From contig BFEA01000036.1 in NCBI GenBank assembly GCA_003427395.1, positions 965,187 to 1,019,159 on the forward strand: 53,973 bases of DNA, read 5' to 3'. This document shows, piece after piece, positions 1 through 14,608 of the stretch (position 1 is its first letter; every line of letters begins with the position of its first letter). Source of the stretch: Chara braunii. Taxonomy: Eukaryota; Plantae; Charophyceae. Under the pieces are notes generated by a model that saw only the letters and a list, made by a program, of their open reading frames with translations, searched no databases and had not been told where the DNA came from. The position numbers were made by a program, and so were the translations under genes.

Positions 1-58
1 AACGTATGGGAACCCTTCGGGATGCGTTCGGCCGTTGGGGCCAAACGCAGACCCCCCC

Positions 59-89
<31 letters not shown>

Positions 90-718
90 ATCAAAAAATT
101 ATGAAAACAAGAGATGTTATGGAGAAAAATAAAATAAACAAGATTTGCCTGAGCATCACATCCGAATTCCTTATTAAATTTGAAATAAAAATAAAATATG
201 GAAAACAAATACTAATAATAAAAATTAATAAAAATAAAAAGAGAATTAAATTTAGTGAGTGCGTGCGCATGTTTTCAACACCGCCATCTTTGACGATTTC
301 TCTTTTTTTTTTTGCCATAGCTAAATGCCCTGAAAATTTACATAGGTGTACTTCACATAATACAAAACCCACTAAAAAAGTTTCAAAAAAGAATAAAATT
401 GTTTAGACCCCGAACTAAAGTGAAAACAAAAAGTAAAAAGTGAAAAAATATGTGGGCGAGCACGTGTTGACACCGCCATCTTTGGCGATTTTTAATTCTT
501 ATTTGGCTTACCCAAATGACTTGAAAATTCACAGGCATCTACCGCACGTCATANAGAACTCACAAAAACAAATTCAGAAAAAAATAATTATTTTTACGCC
601 CCGAAATAATTTTTGACGGGGCCCGAACGCCGTCATGTTCGGAACCTGTAAGGGACCCCGAACGCCCGTACGTACGGAGGTCTGCCCGGGGACCTCTGTA
701 CATATGGGCTGGTGACCC

Positions 719-720
<2 letters not shown>
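1..720. mobile_element. One arm of a long-TIR (foldback) non-autonomous DNA element, cut by the window edge
   Basis: Reverse complement of 52962-53650 over ~700 bp. Ends in GGGCTGGTGACCCTA followed directly by (TA)n. Carries internal subrepeats GACACCGCCATCTTTGGCGATT and CCGAAC. Confidence 0.8.
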
Positions 721-749
<29 letters not shown>

Positions 750-1486
750 GTATATATATATATATTTGTTGGAGGTAATTTTTTTTTTTTCCCACCTAAA
801 AACGCTCCCGCCCCAAATTACCCTTTATTTTTCTTTTAGTTCATTATGGCAGGGGACGCCATGCGCAGACGTTGTGTGCGCCCCGATTTCGGGCGTGTGG
901 TTTTGCTTGCGCGTGGCGAGACCGCGAAAATAGTCGGTCGGGCGGCCTCGTTCACGGGGTCCGCGGCCGGCCTCCTCGGTCGCAGTCGAGGCTGCGGGAT
1001 CCGTGGTCGTGAGGGTTACATAATCGGAGAGTAAGTAACGGGAGGACTGTAAGTGGAGGGTAGTGGTGGAAGGGTAGGTGTTAGTCAAGAAGCAGTGTTA
1101 GCAGGAGGAGGTTGACAGTGGGGGATATGAAAATAAGAGGAGTTAGGTGGGGATGAAAACACATGGGAAAGTACAGTTCCTATTGCAAAATTTGATGCAT
1201 CGATGATGATTATGTAAAGGCGATCGAAATCGGGGAGGCGAAGAACCAGGCCACAAGTCACTGTCTTCTTGAGGGCTCGAAAAATGTTATCGCAGAAGGG
1301 TGTCTAAAACCATGATGGGTTCTTCCGGAGAAGGGTGGAGGTAAGGACGTAAGAATACCTAGTGTATCCCCGGATGAAAGCACTATAGTAACTAGTGAGG
1401 CCCAGGAAACTGCGAAGTTACTTGGCGGTGATAGGGGTGGGTCACTCGGCGATAGCAGGGATCTTCACGTCGTCCATGTAGAGACC

Positions 1487-1897
1487 CTAATTAGATATAT
1501 GGTGTCCTAGATAGACCATTTTGCGTTGGGCAAAGTGACACTTACTAAGTTTGGCATAAAAGTCATGCTTGCGTAAATATTGTACGACATCGCGGAGGTG
1601 TTTGAGATGTTCTTCTAAGGTATGACTGTAGATCATGATGTCATTCAGGTACACAAGAATATATTTTTTAGGGGTGTCCATGAAGATATCGTTCATCGCT
1701 GTCAGGAACATGACGATGGCATTAGCGAGACCGAATGGCATCAACGTGAACTCGTAGTGGTCGAAACGTGATCGAAAAACGGTCTTCGGTTGATCCTGTA
1801 CAGCAACCCGGAGTTGGTGGTAACCGCTACGAAGATCGATCTTCGTAAAGAAGCGGTTGCGTGTCACACGGATAAACAACTCATCCACACAAAGCAT
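1487..1897 (-). pseudogene. Gypsy reverse transcriptase domain remnant
   Basis: FFTKIDLRSGYHQLRV, YEFTLMPFGLANA, HSLEEH-like and KLSKCHF motifs. Catalytic YxDD is mutated to YLND. Confidence 0.92.
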
Positions 1898-4359
1898 GGG
1901 ATAATTATGCTTAATTTTGTAACGGTTAAGGCCGCAACAGTCAATGCAGAGGTGTAAATTTTGATTCGCTTTGTGAGCAAAGAGGATGGGTACACCTCAA
2001 GGGGAGTTACTGGACCTAATGATACGCAATCGAAGGAGCTCCTCAAGCTGACGCTTGAGTTCTGTCGCCTCAAAAATCAAGAGTCCTTAGAGTGTCCAAT
2101 GGTAAAGGCGATAGTCAGGCACGAGCTGGATAGAATGCTCAACACCGCACATCGGCAGGATTCTGTTGTATGAAAAGTGGGGGGAAAAGACGTCGCGGTG
2201 CTCTCGAATCAGGTCACGAACGACGAACTCTAAGTCGTCCGTGAAACGCGCGATTTCCTCATCGTTTGCATCAGAGTGAGACATATGTGTGGACTCGGCA
2301 GAGGATGGTGGAGGAACCTAAGATGTCGGGGGGGTATCCGCAGGCTGAGGGGTGAATGTAGAAATCGAAGCTACGAAGATTGAGGAAGGGTCAGGGAAAT
2401 CGGGCTCCAAAGATATGAACTCAACCTCTGGCCAGAGTGGATTATAGAGAAGAAGATCCATGACATTCACCGAGTAGAAGGTGACTTCCTCCTAACGTAT
2501 GAAGTGAGAAAACTTGCGAGGAGAAGTGAAGATGATGTAAGGGTGAGACTCAGAGGGGCGAGGGTTCTGGGGAGGGAGGTCGGGAGGGGTGTAGCCCATG
2601 GTGCCAAGGAATGAAACGCGATAGATTTGACCACACTTCGTTTTGAGAACGAGTGTTTTGGTCACCCATTTGGCCTCTATGCCATGAAACTTGCAAGGCT
2701 AAGGAGTGCCAAGGGTAAAGTCGTATCCAGTCTCCAACACGTCGATGTATACAGAGGAATGGTAACGCCGAGGTGCTTAGGTACTTTCCGGTGGTTGAAA
2801 GGTGAGGGGAAAGTGGAGGTCGGGGACCGTTTGATCGAAGAAGCGTTGTGTCTTGTTACCTTTGAGGATAACAGAGATAGGAAAGTGAGACCTGGAGGTA
2901 GCTATACGAGCTTCCTCAACCACGCAAGGGTAAACAAAATATTCTTGCTATCCGGAGTCCTTTAAAGTGCGGTACACCCGCATAGATGCCCCTAAGGGAA
3001 TGAGAATAATAGGGACGATGTGATCAGGGTCTGAGAGCAGAGCGAGAAGATGACGCAAGATGTTTACGTGTCTCGTAAGTCGCTCCTCACGACGAATGCT
3101 TAAATGCAAGAGGGCGGGCACAATATCCTCGCGTGTCGCCAGTTGAGCACTGCCGCGAGCTGTGTGAATAACGAGACACGTCATAAGTCTTGGAAGGTAA
3201 GGACTAGTTGTGAAGGTCTGTTGTGGGGCAAACGATAGATACCTCGATAGACGACGAGGTAGAGGGAACTACGTCTCACATATCCAGAGGAGTCTTTGAG
3301 GTGGTAGCCAAAGGGTGCAATCTGCGACTCAGTGGTCGTGAAGTCGGCTACGTGCGAGGCCTCAGCGGTACACTGCGCCATGGCTAGCTGGATGGGACTG
3401 ACCGGGCAGGCCCAAAGGGGACTGAGACGGCGCTGACGAGAAATATCTGCAAGTGTTGATCGAGGGCGGCATGGTATAAACATCATGAGGAGGTGTGTCC
3501 ATTTTGGAGGCAACGAAGGTAACCACTGGCACGACGGGCCTCGAGGGCGGCGTGCTCCTTAGGGGATAGGGCTCCGCGATGAGGGACGAAACCCTGCGAT
3601 AGGTCTCCTGAGGAACAACGAACGTTCGGGCACCAGCCTGTTGAAACCGATTGCGAGTACGGTCCATGGCGGACACATCCATCTGCAAGCGGTTGGTCAT
3701 CATGATAGTCTCGTCATCCAAATGGTACTGGATGGCATCCCTAAGCTCGAGGTCCTCGGGGGCGTTCCTGAGGATAGGACCAAGCTCGGCCTAGGTGTCC
3801 TCGTCGTACCCGAGAGAGTTGTAGTGTCGGAAGAATGACACTCCAAGCTAAGTTTGGCAACGAAAGCGACCGGCGAAAGAGGAACGAGCTCGCGTAACTG
3901 GGTGGTGAAGGTGGATCACGAAGAGGATGGGCCTTCGGAGAAACGACTCTGCATTCTTTGGTACTTATGAGCAGTCTCGTAGGCACGCTGCATGGACGCA
4001 AATGTATGTCTCCAAAGCTCTATGCGGTAATTCGGCGGGAGATTGACGAGAAAACTGTTGGTCAGAAGGCCCTCTGGTAGGAGTGTCTCATTGCAAATGA
4101 GGCGAGCATCTTGAAACACCTGAATGTGACGCTTTGGGTCTGTCGAGGTAGAGGACCCTGACCATCGGGTCTAAGTGACCCTATCTAAGGCATCGGTCCC
4201 CTTGTGTTGAGCGTCATTGCGCTTCTGAAGAAAGGCGGTAAAGTCCACGAAAGTGAAAGCCTTACTGTGCGAGTACGATGGGTACAATAGCTCTCCCATG
4301 TGGTGAATGGGCCGCCTCGCAATTTAGTTGCGGGCAGAGAGCAACACAACTCCTGACTA

Positions 4360-4464
4360 CCTTATTCCCCAAAATACAACGTACGGTCGTTATAGCTGTA
4401 TTTGAGGTATCTTTCAGTCTAGATACAGCTATAATGACCGTACGTTGTATTCAGGGGAAGAAGG
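4360..4464. mobile_element. 105-bp hairpin MITE (Tc1/mariner-type, TA TSD) nested in the Gypsy gag region
   Basis: Arms CCTTATTCCCCaaAATACAACGTACGGTCGTTATAGCTGTATTT / AGATACAGCTATAATGACCGTACGTTGTATTcaGGGGAAGAAGG. TA on both sides (4358-59, 4465-66). Relatives at 40511, ~41000 and 48954. Confidence 0.75.
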
Positions 4465-6873
4465 TAGTGTTCGTAAGTGACAGTGTGCGTATGGCTGCCT
4501 GCAACCAATGCGACACGCAAAGTGTGGCATCGTAGTTGGGTATATCTGACATGCGCACAAGGGGGGGACCGCTGTGTTGACGGCAAGGGGAGAGAGGCGG
4601 AGGGGCGTGCACTGCGACGGTAAAAGTCGGGGCTGGTAAAGGGGTAGAAGTGAGAGCAAGTTGTAGGCGGTAGCTGCTGATAGGGGGACCAGCAGATGTG
4701 GAGATGAGGACCGTAGGTACCTGTGATGGAGTGGCAAGGTAGGAGGGTGGAGGGGGAGGAGCAGGTCGAGGAAAACGAGCCTTTAAAACAAAAGTGGGAG
4801 GGGCAATATAAGAAGAAGAAGAGTGGGCAACCTGTAAAGGGTGAGGTTGTCTCAAGGTGAGAATTTTCGCCCGAGCCTACACAATGATAGTCTGCAGAAT
4901 ACACACTCGTTGGGTGCGAGGGGTCGGAGGTCAAGGAGTCGAGGAGGGTACCCCAACGGGAGGAGGAGTTACAAATTGAAGGGTGCCCTGAGGTGGGAAT
5001 GAGAGGAAATGAGAAGTAGGGAGGGCTTCGGGCTGTACTGTCGCGACCGTTGCAGGAGGCTGGGAAGCAACATCGGGATGAGTAAATGAAATTGTCTGGC
5101 TAGATACCGGTATCTGGGCGGCAGCACCTACGGCAGTGGTGGTGGGGGTTGACGGATGTGCCGCAACAGGCGGTATGGTCTGAGCGGCAGCAACACTTAG
5201 CACTGCGGTCCGAACAGTGAGCCGGTAGAGAATGGAGTGTGAAAGCGCTGGGGGAGCGAGGAGGAGAACCTTTGAGGTGGTGGATATCAAGGTCTAGCTC
5301 GTTGACTTGTGCCTCCAGGGGTGCAAGCGCATCAAGTCGCGGTTGCAAAGGCGCAAGGAATGATGCAATAATGACGTGAAGGTCAATGGGGTCCATAGGG
5401 GTCTGACCCTTGACCGTCGGGTGGGTGAGCACCTGAGAGGTGGAGGTCGGCGTAACGATCTCCTCGAATGTAGTCCCATCCGTGGGCGGTAGAGGAGGAG
5501 ACGTAGACATAATGGGAGGTGGGGAGAGAAATGGGGAGGGAGATGGGTTGTGGTATGGGGATAGGGGACTACTGGTGAAAGGGAGGGGACCACGGGAGCG
5601 GAGTGAGTAGTCGTGTGTCGACTAGCTCCGTGACCAGCCGGTTGCACATGAGATGTTGGCGTGAAGCCGGTCGAACATGAGATGTTGGCGTGAAGCCGGT
5701 TGAAGGGAGACGATCCGTTCGGGTTTAGGGTATCCGACGAAAGGAATCAAGGAAAGTAGGAGGTGAGCGGAACCCTAAACCATAGAAAAACCCTAAGCAA
5801 ACCCTGCTCGGAGTTTGAAGGTTAAGGTAGAGTAGCGGCGACCCAAACAAGAAAATAAAATAGCAACCATGGCGGGGAGGGGAAAATAAAAAATAAATAG
5901 TGAATTTTGGACATAAAAATAAAATACAATAAATAAATAAATAACTTGAGGAGAAAAATATTTTTGTGAAATTTTCAATAGCATTTCCCTACCCCTCATA
6001 GGATAAAAAATATGCCAAGTGAAAGGAGAGATCAAGAGAAACATGCTAAGTTTCACAATGCCAAAAAATAAATTTTTTATAAAAAAAATAAAAAAAAATA
6101 AAAAAATAAGGAGTTGGAGACAACTTCATTATTTTTTTCTAAATTTGAACTCATCCTCTTTTTTTCCTCCCCATTTGTTTTCGTGCGGTATATATTATTA
6201 TCATTTTTTACACTTAGTGTTGGTTAGTGAATGATAAAGGTGCATTCAAATATTCGTGCTCACCTTCCTTTCTACCCTTGGACTATCAACGCTAAGGCAA
6301 AATCTTCAATAGTTTGTAAGAATCGAGGGATAGCAATTTAACCTTCTAACGAAAAAAATTATATGTTCTTATAGTTAATTTATAACATTACAGTTGGACC
6401 CTCCCTCGGATGGTCGGGGGACCTACCCGAATTACGGGGGGGGTCCGACCTCGGATTCAAGGCCTACCAAACCCTTCTAGTAATTTATATTTATATATAT
6501 GTAATATTATATATAAAAAATATTATATATAGAAAATATTATATATATAGGATGTTATATACATATATGTTATATATATGTAAATTTGCTTATAAATCAG
6601 GAGATAAAAACACCTGCTTATAATTTTTTGCTCATTTTCATTGAGCAGAAAAAAAAAAACAATAAAAATATAAAAAGTTAAACAACTCAAAAAAAATGGA
6701 ATTTGTTTTCTTTTTCCAGTCCGTATGTAGCAGTCAATAAATCAAAAAGATTGATCGGTTGATTTATTGATTTTTTTTTTTTTCATTTAAAAATGTTTGA
6801 AATCAATAATTCAATAAAAGTTGATAAATTGATTGGTTGTTTGATTGATTAATTGAAGACATGCACGGGCGCA

Positions 6874-7050
<177 letters not shown>

Positions 7051-7626
7051 TAGTGGGGCGAAAGGTGGGGGTGTATGGTTCAACTTTTAGCGAGGTATTC
7101 AACCGCTCCATTTATATTTTATTTTCTTCCTTTTATATTGACTAATTCAAGCAATGCATCACCCGTCATCAATTCTCTTCCCCCCCTAAAAAAAGGGTAA
7201 CTTCAGTAGAGTCACAAACCCAAGTTATAATTGCACTATGGGGCAAGATACAGTTTGCAATTGCACTTTGGGCACCTTACCAGGCCAGAACGTTAGGTTG
7301 TATACATTGTCGAAACTGTATTTTTTCCCATAGTGCAATTACAACTTGTTTTCTTGACTCCTGCATAGTTCTCCGCCCCCCCCCAAAACAAAAACAAAAA
7401 ATAAAAATAAAAATGGGCGAATTTTAGTTGGATGTGGCCGGGGGGGGTGGCCTTCCATTCAAGAGTCCGTCTTGTCATGTTTGGGTCGGCCCGAACTCCA
7501 GTATGATTATTTTTTAACTATTATTCATTAACCAGTGTATATTGTTAAATTAAGGTCTGAAAGGTTATATTTGGCTAAAACCGACGTAGCACAACCAATT
7601 TCTTCGCACAAAGATTTATTTTTTTC

Positions 7627-7673
<47 letters not shown>

Positions 7674-8300
7674 ATCAAATAGACTTATTTATATATACTA
7701 ATTTAGTTTGTTTGAATTTATTTTTACTATTTCTATTATTGTATTTCTATTATATTGTATGATTTTCTCTCTATGCATATTTATAAATATAGAGTCTATA
7801 TATATCATATATATATAGACTCTATATTTATATGATATATTATTCTATTAATATATATATATATATATATACTCTATATTATATAGATATATTATATAGA
7901 TATAACTAAGTATACGACTAAATACATTTTTTTCTTACAAAAAATTATATATATATATATTTAACTCATGTTTGGCTCATAATTTGAACATGACTCCAAG
8001 ACAAAAGTTGCTTGTATTGTGTTTCATATAATATAATATGTTTTTTTAATTTTTCTTAAATTAAAAAAATATATATATATGTTTGTTTTCATCTCCGAAC
8101 ACGAACACAATGCAATGCTTGTGTTTTTTCTTTAAATTTACACAAGTTAATATATTGTATAGATTTCAAAAGGTCAGATTGTGAGGTTTTACATTGCTAT
8201 CCTTGTGGCTAACGCTCCTCTTTATCATAAAATAACGACTTATAAACTTCATTAACTGATAAAGTGAAAAATAACTTTAAGAAGTGGTTAATAAACAAAG

Positions 8301-8555
8301 TTACCAGAGTGGCCCGAGGTCACTTGCCCGACCGGACAAAAAAAAATAAAAATAGTAAAAATAAAAAGTTATTTTTAAATTTTAACTTTTATTATAAATT
8401 TGGTGAAAATTTTCGATGTGACCTTGCGACAAAATTTGTTCAGTTTATTTGTTTGCATAACATAGTTTGTTTTCGTTTTTTGGGGGGGGGGGAGGACCGT
8501 CCCTGGTCCTTATACGGGCTGGCAACCCGGGACCCGGGCGACCCGGCTTGTAGCT
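8301..8555. repeat. Dispersed MITE-like repeat (GC-rich ends, AT-rich core)
   Basis: 5' end GTTACCAGAGTGGCCCGAGGTCACTTGCCCGACCGG matches the reverse complement of ~34905-34942. Confidence 0.5.
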
Positions 8556-11125
8556 TAGTTAATAAAATTATAAACTTTTGAGTTTTTATTTTGCTTTTAT
8601 AGCAAAATCCTAAAATATTTGAACCAAATTTATTATGCATTCATAGCATAAAGAAAGATTAATCACTGCAATGATATATATATTTTCAAACATCACTTGA
8701 TTTTCTTGTGTAAAAACACAGGGAGGGGAAAAAAATTCAAAATATTTTGTATGACATAAATTTTCATAAATGTTTTGCAAAAGTTTCAAGAGTTTTAGGT
8801 TATGTGAAAACAACGAACTCGAAATCTCCAACAAATATTTAACTTGACATGCACAAAAACTTGTAAAAATTGTGCAAAAAACAAAGTTTTCACAGATGAT
8901 AAATGATAACATTTTTTTTCAACTTTAAAACTAACTCTCCTTACTTTTTTGTTTCGATTTTCTTTCCCGCTTTGTTTTTCTTTTTATGTATATCAAGTTT
9001 AATGTTTTTTGGCGTTATTACTGACGGCTAATAATTATCGTTTTTTATCAATTCAAAGGTTGACCCTCCGGAATAACTTTTCAGTTTTTTTTTTTTTTTT
9101 TTTTACTTTCTTACTGATGACTCTGTCATCAATGTCAACATTAAATTAATATTGTTTATGACATTTGTATAATTTTCATCACCTTTTATAAATTTGAATT
9201 ATCGCGTAGTGATATTACTACCGTGAGTTTCTATTTCCCTCAATCCTCGATGTACTTTATTATTTTTTTCAAAGGATGCTCCCTTGTAATATATATAAAC
9301 TCTTGTATAACACACTGAACATGCTCGGAGCTTTTTTGAACGTCCAAACATGTTCGGGTGCTCGGTCGAATGCCTCCTGAACGTGTTCGGTCGAACATAT
9401 TAAAAAAAAAAAAACTTTTTTTTAAGGTTTGCTATTTGTTTTGATTTTTAACTCAAGTTTAATTATGAATTTGAGTATACTTCCCAGACAAAAGTTGTTT
9501 GTATTTTTATTTTATGTAACATATAGATATATATTTATATTTTTGAGATTTTTTTATATATTTTTATGTTCGTGTTCGGAGGATTTGGACGTCTGTTCGC
9601 GCTCGGCCGCGAACTTTTGAGTTTGGTCACCGAACCCGAACATGATCCTACATAGATGAACTTGAGTAGTACCATATATGACATAGGGAAAAATATTATC
9701 CTATTTCTATTTTTTATGAGTCTATAAAAAAAAAAACGTTTTTTTTTTAACTTTGTTTCATATCTTTGAATGACTTTTGGCAAAAAATAAAAATTATCGA
9801 GGGTTGAAGGGGTATTATGTATAGTAGTTTTAACCTCTCATCTTATTCCCTTATCTAATAAACAAAAAATAAACTTTTAATATAGATTGAACATATTTGA
9901 CACATGAAACTAAAAATAAAAAATTATACTTAACTATCCGGATGAAGTGAAAGTTTTATCTTAATCCAAAGTGAGAACTCTTCTTTCAATTATGATTTTA
10001 TAAAAGAGTTTGAAAGCCACTGAAATGTTAATATTTTTATTGGGGCTCCTAAATAAATTTTTAGAGGACCCTTAGTTATATTTTGAAAAAATGTTTAATG
10101 CCACAATTATGGTCGAACTTTGAAATGAAGGTTTTTAAAGGTCTCTCTATCACTCTTTCCATTATTTTATTTTGCATTGTCAATTCGTGTACTTATTATT
10201 TTTCTTTCTATATGCAAACAAGTTATTATATAAGTCATTGGTTCAAATATGATGATGTAAGATAACTCATGGTTTTAGTAACAAATTAAGATTTATCTTA
10301 GCTAACATTGGGTTGAAAAAAACAAATTGAATCCATAAACTGACCTATTGGCTTTCCGCTTTCACTATCGTCCTAAGTTTGAATGAAATAATCTTTATAC
10401 GTATATCGGCAAAAACCCTACTCTACTTTGGGTTAAATGCCCCCTGCTCCTCGATACTTGTTTCGAATCGGTTTTCTCAACCTGGGTTATGCACAAGCAG
10501 TGAGCAAAGTTGACATTTATGAATTTCACCAACAGCCCACCGAAAGACTATCATCGCAACCTCCAGCATATACTGGGCCAAATACCGGTGGGTTAAACCA
10601 CTAGTAATTCCAAGCATTTTTTTTCCGAGGTACGAAATGCCTGGCGTGCTAAAAAAAAAGGAGGGGAGCGGGTCTCCCTTTGGTTGGTGCCGCTGACCAT
10701 TTTGCTCTTCGAAAATTGTGGTTTGTATGCAGATGAGTGGAGAAAAATGGTTGGGAAATACATTGGTTGTTTGAAGACTATCGAGGACATGAAATTGACG
10801 ATACAATGCCCCACACAAAGCCACCATAAGCATGACAAGGATCATTGACTTACCGTGAGGGCACGGGTGCGCAACCCGTAGTTTGTTTCGTTTTGGCTGT
10901 GGCGAGGCCCTGTGTGCATGTGTGTATGCGTGTGTGTGTGTGTGTATGTGTGTGTGTGTGTGTNNNNNNNNNNNNNNNNNNNNNNNNNNNNNNNNNNNNN
11001 NNNNNNNNNNNNNNNNNNNNNNNNNNNNNNNNNNNNNNNNNNNNNNNNNNNNNNNNNNNNNNNNNNNNNNNNNNNNNNNNNNNNNNNNNNNNNNNNNNNN
11101 NNNNNNNNNNNNNNNNNNNNNNNNN

Positions 11126-11177
<52 letters not shown>

Positions 11178-12735
11178 ATCTCTAATTCTGAATCTGGCTC
11201 AAAACTGCTTCCAGATTCAGACAAAATCATCCAGAACAGTGACTAGGCCGATTGGGACGAAGTGGGTGGGCTGGGCATGAGGCTGTAGGCCTGGGTCCAC
11301 GCCGTTTCATATTTGAATTTCAAGGACCTGCGGCCCCCATGCCGTTTCAAAATATTTTAGACCACGGCCACCTACCGGTTCCCAGGAAAATGCCACGCGC
11401 AAATACTGGTCCTGCATTTGCTTGAACTGCGCCCCCCCCCAAAATGCCAGTGCCTTTCATTTTACCAGCCTTTGAACGACCAATGGGCCCGAATGAACGA
11501 TCGGTATAACGAACGACGACGAAAATGTCTCAAGGGGGGAAAACGCAACCCTGACGGGCTGCGAACAATCGTCCTACAATTGGGACTCTGGTTGGCGGCA
11601 GTTTTAGTGCCTTTGGTTGGGCCGCTGGCCTCCTCGGTTGGACATTCAGTTGGGATTTTGGTAACTTCCCTCAGGACTTGGGACCTTTTCAAACAAGTTG
11701 TCCTACTCGATGTTGACATGTACAAAATGAGTGGGGATCAAGGTACTTGCGGGACAGAGTGTGACTTACACAGGGTGGGCCATTGTGTTGCCGACCCTTC
11801 TAGCACTGGTTCCTGGCCCTGAAATAGTGTATGTGACCGGTGCTTGACCGGCCACAGCAGGTTGCAATCCTTCATATGCTGCGCCCTCAGGAGTTTGGCC
11901 AGTTGCCGCAGTACTTGGCCCAGTTATAGCGCGCTGCGACCTGTGGGTTTTGGGGTATCAGACCCAGAAGTGCGCCGGGGGTATTTAGGTTCGGCATCCA
12001 AAAGGAAAACCGAATGGCTCCCCCGGCGGTTCGGCAGAACTTGGGGTGCAGGGGGTATTTAGGCTCGGCATCCATAGCTGGGCCAAGTAGTGCCTTTGGA
12101 TCAAGCAGAGGAGACATCCCTTTTTTTTTTTTTTTTTTTTTTTTTTCCCTTTTCCTCACCAGTTTTTGGCAAAGCGGTCCCACCCACCCTTGACTTTCCC
12201 GCGGTGTGTGGGCTTGCGGCCACCTTTACGACTTTCCTCGTTATGATCTGGCATCATCTCCGTATGGCTTTTGCTTATTTTATTTGGGTTGGATTTGACT
12301 CGTGCACTTATGCGACGTTGCCACGCCCTCAAGGCCCTCGAGGTACTCATGACCTGTTCACAAACAGTTACATGCGTACCATTCAGCCACACGCGTCGCG
12401 TATGTTTTCTTCTGGATTAGGTGTACTGGGCCGGGTTCCACTGGCGCGCGTTTTTCTTCTGTTCTGGGCATTACGAGATCGCGAGCAGCAAATGAGAGAG
12501 GCTTGCACTGAGCACCGTCGGGGGCGAGGTCCAGTTAAAACACGAGGCTGACCGTCGATCTTCTTGATCTACGGCCCGCCATCTCTTACTCCGTGCAAGT
12601 GGGACCAACCTGGCAGCCCCTGGCCGCGGGCGGTGTTGCTCTACGTCCTATTTTTGATCTCGTCCATCGGTTTCGTACATGGGACTCGACATCGCTGAAT
12701 GCTTTGATGAACAGTTTTTTTTTCGTTTCTTTTAT

Positions 12736-12776
<41 letters not shown>

Positions 12777-13380
12777 CCTGCCCGCGCAATGTGCGTTTAC
12801 TTTTTCGTTTTTCCGTGACGGACGTGATGACGTAACGGAAAGCTTCGGCTTTGCCTTTTGCTTTTGCCGAAAAGTTGCGGCCGAAAGAAAAAGAAAAAAA
12901 AAGAAAAAGAAAAAAAGTTTGGGACGGAGTTTGCGGAAAGCCAGTTGGTTGATGCCGATGGGGGGTTGCCAATGAAAGTAGGTAAATGTTGCCCGAAAAG
13001 GAAAGTCCGTTTCCGAATTAGGAAGGGCCGGGGCCAGGCTTTGTGGTGCTCAGGCGCGCAAGCCGCCCCTCCGATTGGTGGCCGTCAAGCCGATCGCGAT
13101 GTGCACGCGGGGCTTGCATGGAGCGGGGGGTGTGACGGTACACAGCGAGGTTTCCTATGCGGTGATGGCGGGGGTTGATCCACGTTTGCACGGAGGTTTA
13201 GTGCACGTGGATCTGCTGCCCGGGACGGTTATCAGGCCACTCTGAAGGGCTGGATGCTGGCTGCAGCTGGTCACCCGGCATTTTCCAGAGACGCTCGGCG
13301 TTTTCTCCGTGAGAGTTGTCAGTAGGCTGGTAGAGACGCCCTGGAAGTCCACGGGGTAAGAAAAAGAGAAGGGAAGGGAA

Positions 13381-13838
<458 letters not shown>

Positions 13839-13866
13839 GGGTTCGTCGTCTGATTGATTGGATGCG

Positions 13867-14278
13867 ATGGCGGCCTTGACTTCGAGTGCCTCGGCGGTGT
13901 CGTCTGCACAGTTATCGGAAGGAATCCGTCTCGGGGGAGGTGCCCATGGCAGGAACTCGATTGCCAGCTGGAAATTGGCTATGCATATCCCTTCTACCCC
14001 CGCGTTCTGCTTCTCTTCTTCACACGCAATCAATGGATTGCGATTACGTGAGTATGTGGGTCTTCGTGTAGCCATGGCGGATGGACTGGAGGCATCGGCC
14101 CGGCCGACCTTGCTTGAGCGCGAGAAGAGTGCGTGTGCTTTCCGTGTTCATCAGGAGCTTACACCCCAGGGAAATGAGAAGACGAAGACGAAGACGGTGA
14201 GGACGAATGCCTCTATGGGAGTGGATGTGGCGCCGCCTACCTCCTTCTCCATGGCTGCTACTAGCGCAGTGGCAGATG
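13867..14278 (+). CDS. G6PD: Plastidic glucose-6-phosphate 1-dehydrogenase, exon 1 (transit peptide / N-terminal extension)
   Basis: MAALTSSASAVSSAQLS... is Ser/Ala-rich. Donor G|GTATGT at 14279. 412 nt is phase 1, which matches the phase needed by the AG acceptor at 23973-74 (junction reads ...[13 protein letters not shown]). Confidence 0.75.
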
Positions 14279-14608
14279 GTATGTCAACTAAATCTCTTCT
14301 TCCCCAAGGCATGTGGAAGGGATGAAGCTGTGACGACTGTTGTTGATTCACAGTGGTAAGACTTACAGTATCTTCCCGTAAGGGGACACAGCAGAAATGA
14401 AAGAAGGGTGGTCACGGGCATCTCGGGGATGCCGCGCTATCGTTATACACTGGATACACACACATACACACACATATAAACACATACACACATAGACACA
14501 TAGACACATACACCCCAAGGAGAACCAAAAAGCTGTCTAATTACTTAATATTAAATTGCTTTTATATGTTGGACATCTCAAATGCTCTCGTTGTCTGCAA
14601 TAGGACAA

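Larger units (their letters stand above)
850..5760 (-). mobile_element. Degenerate Ty3/Gypsy LTR-retrotransposon internal region (gag-PR-RT-RNaseH), 3'-truncated; no integrase or LTR pair seen
   Basis: Minus-strand fragments in Gypsy order: Pro-rich gag N-terminus (4470-5510), gag core (HIQVFQDARL...FLVNLPPNYRIEL ~3920-4130), decayed Zn-knuckle ~3320-3380, protease (TLKDSG ~2950), RT 1487-1960, RNase H start (IDASNFAIGTVLS ~1165-1205). Many stops and frameshifts. Confidence 0.9.

Noticed and set aside
5770-5800. AAACCCTAA telomere-like motifs
   Set aside because: Isolated telo-box copies, not a tandem telomeric array.
13340-13356. 17-nt match CCTGGAAGTCCACGGGG also at ~50779
   Set aside because: A single short match is plausible by chance in 54 kb; the flanks do not extend.
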